Below are positions 55,109 through 62,442 of a DNA stretch of 64,000 nt, piece after piece; position 1 is the stretch's first letter, and every line of letters begins with the position of its first letter. The stretch lies in the NCBI GenBank assembly GCA_965222525.1, contig OZ244955.1:256025-320024 (forward strand), in the 5' to 3' direction. The position numbers were made by a program, and so were the translations under genes. Source of the DNA: Rickettsiales bacterium. Its GTDB lineage: Bacteria; Pseudomonadota; Alphaproteobacteria; Rickettsiales; UBA8987. The notes under the pieces were generated by a model. The model did no database searches. It was given only the letters and a program-made list of their open reading frames with translations, and had not been told where the DNA came from.

Positions 55109-57733
55109 CTACTGTGGCTGCAGAGCACCTCTAAAAGTCTCACCTTTTAGGCCTGGCCATTTCTTGTTACTTAGGTCAAGAGCACCTTTAGCTGCTGGGC
55201 CATACTTGTCCGGAATATACTCACTATTCAACTTAGGATCAGCTTCAATACCTGATGCCTCCCAACCTGGATTATAGTAGCTTTTCGTTTTTACGAAATA
55301 GCTGGATTTTTTGAAATCAGACAAACTAGAGAAGCTAATTTTTTGATCTCCATAATACAACTCCTTAAATACAGGGGCAGACAGATCTGTCCTGTGATAC
55401 AGATTACCATCAAGGATATGTGACCCTCCTTTTATTTGGCACTTTCCTAATATATGCTGCTCTTCCAACTCAACAAAAATGTTATTGTACATTTCATGTG
55501 GAAAATTAGAGTTTAACTGCTCTGGCCCAAAGTTTGAATAGTGGTAGCAGTTTCCCATACCATTATTGGAGGAGTATTTTTTACCAGAAATAACCGTATT
55601 ATGGTAGATTTTCCACGGATCAGGAGTTGTAATTCCTGACATGCTATGAGAGCCAAAACCAGATCCTGCAGCATACCCTGTTCCATCCGCTCCTTTCATA
55701 TGGCCCGACAACAAATTATGTGGGTCGGATCTTCCTTTAAATGTATATTGCGAAGCGTCAATAATATTATGGTGTATATATTTAGTTCCAGTATACCCAG
55801 GCTCTTGATCACCAGATCCATGCCATGAGAACCCTGCATGCACGCCTATTAGCTTATTATGGTGAATGTTGTAATTGTATCCGGCTGAACCCATTTGAGT
55901 TACGTCATCTCTGATGTTATAAAACTCATTATGATGAATATGTATATCATGGGCTTTATTTGTAAAGTTTATAGCATCAAAGGTATCCCTAAAAGTACTA
56001 TTTTTTATCTCAACATTATGGCCATCTATAGTTATGCCTGCACCTTGATAGCGATGCCCCGGCCTCCCTGAGCTTGGCCTCTTTACATCACTCCATGCTA
56101 TCCATTGTGGTACTTTGTCATCTATTATAATATTATCAAAAAGTATGTTATGCGAATGCTCTTGGACTCTTATAAAATACCTTCCAGCTTTAATTGACGA
56201 ATTCTTTACAATAATATTATTTGCACCACCCGGTAAAAATCTTAATGCCGTACCTCCATAACTAAAGTTTATACTTTCAAGTTTTATATATGATGAATCA
56301 CTACTAATCCTTATAATTTCATTTTCAGGAAAAACATACAATTTAGTTTTTCTAGGGTCGACATTAGTGGGATAGGATAAATTCATTTCATCTTTACCCT
56401 GGTATTTACTATGCTGTAATCGCACATATATCTTTTGATCATCTTTATTAAAGTATACTCCTGGCCCTATATAATAATCCTTGGTACCAAGGTAGTCCTC
56501 ATTGTTGGAACTAAACGGTACATAATCTTCATATGCAACAATATGATAGCCTCCATTATCTTCGCCCAAATAGGCATGTACGTAGTTAATATTTTTTGGG
56601 TATGTTTTAACGGAACGATAAATATTTTTCTTAGCATCAACAACTTCCCAATCAGCATTATCTACCTTTCTAAACTCTGAAAAGCCACCATCAATAATCG
56701 GTATCTCTCCGGGATACGCTTTTATAACTATAGGCTTATCTTTTGTTCCACTCACACCTATAAGAATATCACTTTCTCTATATACTCCTTCACGAATAAC
56801 CAAAGTATCTCCTGCACGAAGCTGATTAACTGCATGTTTTATTGTTTTCCAAGGCTTATCTTTTGTTCCAGAGTTATTGTCATTACCACCTGGAGAGACA
56901 AACAAGGCATTTTCCGGCAAAGATATGCACTTCGGATTTTCTATACATAAAGAACTTTGGTCAGAAATTTTAATGCCCCACTTACTTGAAAGGTAATTAT
57001 GTACTTGCGTAAGCTCAGAAACCTCTAACATGCGATCATACATTATTATTTCCGCAATGTATCCTTTTAACCTAGCTTTATTATCCAATCTACTATCTGT
57101 CTTATGTATAGAACCCAACGTTAAGCCATTTATATGTCTACTACCAAGATATCCTTTCACTATAGATTTTCCATCAATAAATGTTTCAGAGTGATGAGCA
57201 TTAAAAACAGTCGTAAATATTGCAGGGGTTAGAGAAATACTACCTCCTAAAGATAATTTTGCGCCTGCCCAGGAAAAGTCACCTTTACTATTGGAAAAGA
57301 GGGCATGTCTATAATTTCTGTTTATACCATCGTACAAATATGGCCGAAACCCCCGCTCACCACTTTTATCAAATTTAGCAACAACGAAAATTGTATTGGG
57401 TTGTTTTTTTATATTAGAAAATTTAGGAGTCTTTAGTAAATCACCGCCATCAAAGTGCAATACTGATATTCCATTTAAGCTCCTTATTCCATACGATGGC
57501 ATATATTTTGTGGATTTCTGAACTGCATCGTAATTATTCCCACTTTTATCTTTCCATACACTCACATAACCCTTACTATCCTTTATAAGAGTATTTACAT
57601 CTGCTGAGTCGAACCATACTACCAGATCAGATTGTACGGGAAGAGTCGCGCTTGCAAATGATCTTTCTACCGCCAGTAGAGAAAATGAAAAAACTAAAAG
57701 GGAAAAATATGCTACTATTTTGGAACTTTTCAT
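55109..57733 (-). CDS. Secreted LamG-like lectin domain + right-handed beta-helix protein (polysaccharide-active enzyme or adhesin)
   Basis: 874 aa. Signal peptide. N-terminal LamG pattern (LVVWFDSADVNTL..VSVWKDKSGNNYDAVQ...GYIAEIIMYDRMLEVSELTQVHNYLSSKWGI). Then DKPWKTIKHAVNQLRAGDTLVIREGVYRE and PbH1-like repeats (HNVEIKNSTFRD.., IHIHHNEFYNI..). The gene is strongly A+T-rich. Confidence 0.7.
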   Translation of the reverse strand: MKSSKIVAYFSLLVFSFSLLAVERSFASATLPVQSDLVVWFDSADVNTLIKDSKGYVSVWKDKSGNNYDAVQKSTKYMPSYGIRSLNGISVLHFDGGDLLKTPKFSNIKKQPNTIFVVAKFDKSGERGFRPYLYDGINRNYRHALFSNSKGDFSWAGAKLSLGGSISLTPAIFTTVFNAHHSETFIDGKSIVKGYLGSRHINGLTLGSIHKTDSRLDNKARLKGYIAEIIMYDRMLEVSELTQVHNYLSSKWGIKISDQSSLCIENPKCISLPENALFVSPGGNDNNSGTKDKPWKTIKHAVNQLRAGDTLVIREGVYRESDILIGVSGTKDKPIVIKAYPGEIPIIDGGFSEFRKVDNADWEVVDAKKNIYRSVKTYPKNINYVHAYLGEDNGGYHIVAYEDYVPFSSNNEDYLGTKDYYIGPGVYFNKDDQKIYVRLQHSKYQGKDEMNLSYPTNVDPRKTKLYVFPENEIIRISSDSSYIKLESINFSYGGTALRFLPGGANNIIVKNSSIKAGRYFIRVQEHSHNILFDNIIIDDKVPQWIAWSDVKRPSSGRPGHRYQGAGITIDGHNVEIKNSTFRDTFDAINFTNKAHDIHIHHNEFYNIRDDVTQMGSAGYNYNIHHNKLIGVHAGFSWHGSGDQEPGYTGTKYIHHNIIDASQYTFKGRSDPHNLLSGHMKGADGTGYAAGSGFGSHSMSGITTPDPWKIYHNTVISGKKYSSNNGMGNCYHYSNFGPEQLNSNFPHEMYNNIFVELEEQHILGKCQIKGGSHILDGNLYHRTDLSAPVFKELYYGDQKISFSSLSDFKKSSYFVKTKSYYNPGWEASGIEADPKLNSEYIPDKYGPAAKGALDLSNKKWPGLKGETFRGALQPQ

Positions 57734-57990
57734 AAAGTTTTCCTTGTTATTAAGAGATATGGGTTAAAATGTATAACCAGAATACCACAAGATAGTTAAC
57801 AAACAATTAATAAGTCATAAAAAATGCAGCTATTTTATTAAATTCTACTAATTTTTTACTAAAAATACATTTAGTACAAAAAATAAACAAAATTCAAGAG
57901 TGTATTTTTAATTGTTCCAAATAATTACCGTATATTTTGTTATTATCCATTGGGTTATTTATTTCTGTTAATTTTACTTCATACTTTATC

Positions 57991-58684
57991 TATAGTCCTT
58001 CCAAATAACTTCCGAATAGTTTAAGATTTTTGCGGCACCATTTTGCAGGTAGTAAGATGACATATATAGTATTTCCAATTTTAATTGGGAATACTATGAA
58101 GACCTGCGAAGCAGGGATTCCACCGCGCAAGCGAGTGTAATTTTACTTACGTAAAATTAGAAAATACTATAGTATTGATTTGTGCGAACGAGTTGTATCG
58201 TTTGTTTCTGGTGGTGGCAGCAAGCTTGAGGCCTCTCGTCGCTTTTCGGTCAGCGTCTGGTGCGTCAATGACTGGTGGTCTCGGGATGATTTACACCCCA
58301 AACCGCATGGTCGCAGACAGCGCAAACTGAACAGGGACGCTGTTAAGCGTCATTTCGAAGTTGTGTCCAAAATCTACTATAATTATGGACAATGCCGCAT
58401 TCCACAAAAAGAAGGATATTGTGGAGATGGCTGAAAAAGCAGGGCATGAAGCCATTTTCCTGCCTCCGTATTCACCAGACTTTAATCCCTTCGGGTATAA
58501 TTCCCCGCCCCTTGGGGCGAAAGAATAATATAATCCGAACTGATGCCCCGTAGCTTGCTACGGGGTAGTTCATTCCAATCGAAAAAGTCTTCGCTCATCT
58601 CAAAAAACAAAGGGCAAACGCTCCGCTTGGAAAACCAATCGACGACATAATCAAGTCATACGGAAATTATTTGGAAGGACTATA
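57991..58684 (+). mobile_element. Degraded IS630/Tc1-mariner-family insertion sequence (transposase pseudogene with internal deletion, frameshift and MITE insertions)
   Basis: Left TIR TATAGTCCTTCCAAATAACTTCCGAATAG at 57991; right TIR CGGAAATTATTTGGAAGGACTATA ending at 58684. An HTH-like N-terminal ORF spans 58180..58434. In another frame lies MDNAAFHKKKDIVEMAEKAGHEAIFLPPYSPDFNP (58385-58489). IEKVFAHLKKQRAN resumes at 58578 after an about 88-bp hairpin-rich insert. Total length is 694 bp. Confidence 0.75.
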
Positions 58685-59431
58685 AAAAACGTTACAGACG
58701 GATAGCGATCTATATTACATTATTTTTCCAATATAGTATTTGCTAGGATGCGTCAATGCTGGAAATTAAGGGAACCATGTTGAGGAGATTGCAAAATCAG
58801 AAAGATAATTACGTGTTGAAGTTGCCAAAGGACCGCGGAATGACTGACAGAAGGGGAAATTCAAGGTTTTGTTGTGGTGATAGAATGCCGAGCGGGAACC
58901 TTATAACCCTAACTTATGCTGCACACTACTTCGTCGCTAAGATGCTCAAGTCCACATGTACATTTAACTACGCCTACAGCTCTGCACTTCTCGCTCCTCA
59001 TATTGTTTTGCATAAGCGAATTTATAGAGGTATCCAAGCATAGTCCGGCATAACTGCAACCAGCATGCGAACCTAAAAACCCTATGAATTTCAACATGAT
59101 ATCAAAAAAACATGAATCGCTATGCCCATGGCAGAAATTCTAACAAAAAGAATCACCAAATAATATTTCACCCCCTCCTCCCAAACTCATAACTTTCATC
59201 TCCAGCCCCCTTAAGGTAAACCAAACCTTAAGTATTTTTGCAACACCTGCATGTTTTTTACTTTTTTTACACTTCCTTGATCCAGATCAAGGACAAAAAA
59301 AATCAGTTGTGCTATTACACTCGGCCAAGTCGTTAATACTTCGTTAAAGTATATACGGTTTTTTACTAATATAACATGCCTCTGGGGCTGTTAATTTTTT
59401 TCAATTTTTTAACTTTTTAAGGAGTTCTGTA

Positions 59432-60697
59432 ATGGATCAATTAAAAAAGACTTTACTTCTGGGTGCTTCGGCACTCGCTCTTGCTGTTACACCTGCATTT
59501 GCGGACGATAACGTAGATGACGGTATTGATGGCAATGAAAACAATGACAATACTGTTAACCAGGTTGGAGATGACAACAACTCTAACAATGGTGGCGGTA
59601 ATGACAACAACACCTCTGATAATGGAAATGACAATAACACTTCCGATAACGGAAATGATAACAACACTTCCAATAACGGAGATGACAACAATGACGGCAA
59701 TACTGTTGCTTCCGGCAATGGTTCTGGCGACGATGACAACGAAAACAATGCATTCTCCAAGAATGACATTGATACCGATGTTGACGCTTCTGACAATTCA
59801 GACAACAGCAATGACGGCAATGATAACAACACCTCTAATAATGGTGATGATAACAATGACGGCAATACTGTTGCTTCCGGTAACGGTGCTGGTGATGACG
59901 ACAACGAAAACAACGCTTTCTCCAAAAACGATGTAGACGTTGATGTTGACGCTTCTGATAACTCAGATAACTCCAATGACGGAAATGATAACAACACTTC
60001 CAACAATGGAGATGACAACAATGATGGTAACACCATTGCATCTGACAACACCTCCAATGACGGAAATGATAACAACACTTCCAACAACGGAGATGATAAC
60101 AATGATGGTAACACCATTGCTTCCGGTAACGATGCTGGTGACGACAACAACGAAAACAATGCATTCTCCAAGAATGACATTGATACCGATGTTGACGCTT
60201 CAGACAACAGCACCGGAAAAGGTGATGACAACAACGAAAGCAATGCATTCTCCAAGAATGACGTAGACGTTGATGCATCTGACAACTCTGATAATTCAGA
60301 CAACAGCACCGGTAAAGGCGATGATAACAACGAAACCAACGCCTTCTCCAAGAATGATGTTGATGTGAATGCCAGTGAAAATAATATGAATTCCAAAAAC
60401 ACTGACAACAGCACCAACACACTTACTGACAACAGCACTGACAGCAGCCAGGATGACAGCGTAAGCTTCGGCGATGCTAAAACCCTGACAGCTTCTGTTC
60501 TGGATGCTTCTGTTTCCGGAAACTCTGTTACAGTAGCAGTTGGTGGTGCCAGAAGAATTGGCGTCTATGAAGCTGACAACACCATCCAGGGAGATGCTTT
60601 CCGCAACTCCAGAGGTGTTAATGCTAACGCACAAAACACTGGTAACAGTGCAAGCGTTCAGCAAGCTATTACTATCAAGGCTGACATCCATAACTAG
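59432..60697 (+). CDS. Secreted Asp/Asn-rich tandem-repeat protein with C-terminal Gly/Asn/Gln module (P1)
   Basis: AAGGAG RBS. Signal peptide MDQLKKTLLLGASALALAVTPAFA. Five copies of N.NAFSKND[IV]D.DVDASDNS embedded in DNNTSNNGDDNNDGNT units. C-terminus DNTIQGDAFRNSRGVNANAQNTGNSASVQQAITIKADIHN. Confidence 0.8.
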   Translation: MDQLKKTLLLGASALALAVTPAFADDNVDDGIDGNENNDNTVNQVGDDNNSNNGGGNDNNTSDNGNDNNTSDNGNDNNTSNNGDDNNDGNTVASGNGSGDDDNENNAFSKNDIDTDVDASDNSDNSNDGNDNNTSNNGDDNNDGNTVASGNGAGDDDNENNAFSKNDVDVDVDASDNSDNSNDGNDNNTSNNGDDNNDGNTIASDNTSNDGNDNNTSNNGDDNNDGNTIASGNDAGDDNNENNAFSKNDIDTDVDASDNSTGKGDDNNESNAFSKNDVDVDASDNSDNSDNSTGKGDDNNETNAFSKNDVDVNASENNMNSKNTDNSTNTLTDNSTDSSQDDSVSFGDAKTLTASVLDASVSGNSVTVAVGGARRIGVYEADNTIQGDAFRNSRGVNANAQNTGNSASVQQAITIKADIHN

Positions 60698-60826
60698 TTG
60701 TAATTTCAACTATATGGGTGACTCTTGCTAGTCACGAGATTGTTGCGGGCGGGTATCCTGTGCTCCTCCTGCCCGCAGCAAAACAGATGATAGATGATGG
60801 ATTATAGATGATAGAGAAAGGGATTT

Positions 60827-60988
60827 TGTCATTCTGGCAAAAGCCGTACTTTTGCTGTTTCAGGATCCATTTGTCAAAACCCTGATAGCTGGCAATTCTG
60901 TAAAAATTATCAAAATGCGATTGTTGACCATAAACTACAAAAACCCTGCCATTGGATAAATGGATCCTGAAACAAGTTCAGGATGACA
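60827..60988. repeat. MITE-like element, family A variant with extra hairpin in left TIR
   Basis: TGTCATTCTGG[CAAAAGCCGTACTTTTGC]TGTTTCAGGATCCAT ... ATGGATCCTGAAACAAGTTCAGGATGACA; 162 bp. Confidence 0.85.
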
Positions 60989-61023
60989 GTTATTCCCTAA
61001 AAGGGTTTGCAAGGAAAAACAAA

Positions 61024-61488
61024 ATGGCAAAATTCAACCAAATAATACCGGTTCTGGCGGTCGGTACCGCTCTTGTTGCTGCTCCTGCAGCATATGCAGA
61101 GGAAACACAGATATACTCCATGCAATATATGGCGGTAGAGGATAATGACGCCACCTTCATACAGCATTCCGGTGTGATGGTAAAAGGCGGCGATGCCGAA
61201 GTGGAAATTACAATAGCAGATAATAATGAAGAGGAAACATTCGGCATGGTGATATCCGATGATGAATTACAAACATCACGAGGTGCCTCAGGTATTGAAA
61301 CTCTCAATGTTTCAATAATGAAGGCTACATCCAAGAATAACTCGGTGGGGGATAACTCGGTTACCGGCGATAATGTCATAAGCCAGGGTGCGTTCGGCAA
61401 TTCGCAGGGAGTTATAACTTCCGTACAGAACAGCGGAAATAACGTAACCATCCAGTCCTCAACTATCGTCAATATGTCGATTCAGTAG
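61024..61488 (+). CDS. Secreted protein with VISDDELQTSRGA motif and C-terminal Gly/Asn/Gln module (P2)
   Basis: The track ORF starts in the MITE (60952). I prefer the Met at 61024 (AAGGA RBS). Signal peptide MAKFNQIIPVLAVGTALVAAPAAYA. C-terminus DNVISQGAFGNSQGVITSVQNSGNNVTIQSSTIVNMSIQ. Confidence 0.75.
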   Translation: MAKFNQIIPVLAVGTALVAAPAAYAEETQIYSMQYMAVEDNDATFIQHSGVMVKGGDAEVEITIADNNEEETFGMVISDDELQTSRGASGIETLNVSIMKATSKNNSVGDNSVTGDNVISQGAFGNSQGVITSVQNSGNNVTIQSSTIVNMSIQ

Positions 61489-61511
61489 AGTCGGAGTTGC
61501 AATTTATTAAC

Positions 61512-61576
61512 TGTCACCCCGGACGCATATTTTCTCCAAATCGGAGATTTGGAGAAAATATGCGTCCGGGGTGACA
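61512..61576. repeat. Family B mini-copy (outer TIR hairpin only)
   Basis: TGTCACCCCGGACGCATATTTTCTCCAAATCGGAGATTTGGAGAAAATATGCGTCCGGGGTGACA; 65 bp. Confidence 0.85.
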
Positions 61577-61584
61577 AAGTGAGC

Positions 61585-62298
61585 ATGAATTCTATATCAA
61601 AAAAATTCCTGTTGATTTCTGCAGTTACAGCGGCGGTTACATTCACTTCAGGCCAGTCGGACGCAGCCAATATGCCGTTCTTCGGCGGTAACGGGTCGTT
61701 TAATGTAAAGGTGGAAAGCTACAAGGAAGCCCGGTTCCGTTCGGTAGTACGCCAGGATTATGATTTCAGTTGCGGTTCTGCTGCTGTGGCTACCTTGCTC
61801 AAATATCACTACGACCATCCTGTAGAGGAGAAGGAAGTACTGGATGCCATGTTCGAGGATGGCGACAAGGAAAAAATCAAGAGCAAGGGCTTTTCCATGC
61901 TTGATATGAAAAACTTCCTCAAAAACAAGGGATATTCCGCTGATGGCTACCGTACTGCGCTGGACAAGCTGACCGAGGTCGGAATCCCCGCAATCGTGCT
62001 GATTAACAATAACGGCTATATGCATTTCGTGGTGGTCAAGGGGGTGGATAAGGAAAATGTACTGGTCGGTGACCCTTCGCTCGGCAAAAAGGTTATGGCC
62101 AGGGATGAATTCGAGAAAATGTGGAATGGCATATTGTTCGTAATCAAGAGCCATAAAGCGGTCGGAAATCAATATTTCAACAGAAAAAAGGACTGGCGGC
62201 TGTATCAGGAAGCCCTGTTCGATTCGGCACTAAGCAATGAATCGCTGGCAAACTTCACGATACATATACAACCGGCACCGAATTATTTTAATTTTTAA
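61585..62298 (+). CDS. Periplasmic (signal-peptide-bearing) C39-family cysteine peptidase
   Basis: I prefer the Met at 61585 (the track start 61549 lies in the repeat). Signal peptide MNSISKKFLLISAVTAAVTFTSGQSDA. Q57-x5-C63 (VRQDYDFSCGSAAVATLL), H147 (GYMHFVVVKG) and D163 (VLVGDPS). Confidence 0.8.
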   Translation: MNSISKKFLLISAVTAAVTFTSGQSDAANMPFFGGNGSFNVKVESYKEARFRSVVRQDYDFSCGSAAVATLLKYHYDHPVEEKEVLDAMFEDGDKEKIKSKGFSMLDMKNFLKNKGYSADGYRTALDKLTEVGIPAIVLINNNGYMHFVVVKGVDKENVLVGDPSLGKKVMARDEFEKMWNGILFVIKSHKAVGNQYFNRKKDWRLYQEALFDSALSNESLANFTIHIQPAPNYFNF

Positions 62299-62299
62299 A

Positions 62300-62410
62300 T
62301 GTCATCCTGAACTTGTTTCAGGATCCATCTACTACGGGAGTTTAAGAATACAAGAGCCAAGAAATCAGGAAATTTCCTGCATTCTTATTTTCCTGTATTC
62401 TTAAGTTCTT
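62300..62410. repeat. Truncated family A element interrupted by family E palindrome
   Basis: 62300-62328 is the family A left TIR TGTCATCCTGAACTTGTTTCAGGATCCAT. 62333-62410 is GAGTTTAAGAATACAAG...CCTGTATTCTTAAGTTC with self-complementary ends; a related fragment lies at 35090-35128. Confidence 0.7.
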
Positions 62411-62442
62411 TTTCAACCACCAACCAATGAAAGGGTCGTAAA

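Noticed and set aside
58756-59043. 95-aa ORF between the IS630 remnant and P1
   Set aside because: It has no RBS, lies in A+T-rich non-coding-looking sequence and has no motifs. It is probably spurious.
59600-60386. Possible CRISPR array, because of regularly spaced repeats
   Set aside because: The repeats are contiguous coding tandem repeats inside an ORF, with no unique spacers and no cas genes in the window.
59437-60438. Long antisense and alternative-frame ORFs across the P1 gene (333 aa and 195 aa on the minus strand; 139 aa and 108 aa on the plus strand)
   Set aside because: They are by-products of the low-complexity GAT/AAC-rich tandem repeats (poly-Leu/Ser, poly-Cys/His, poly-Met/Thr translations). 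Only the 59432 frame has an RBS, a signal peptide and a non-repetitive C-terminal domain.
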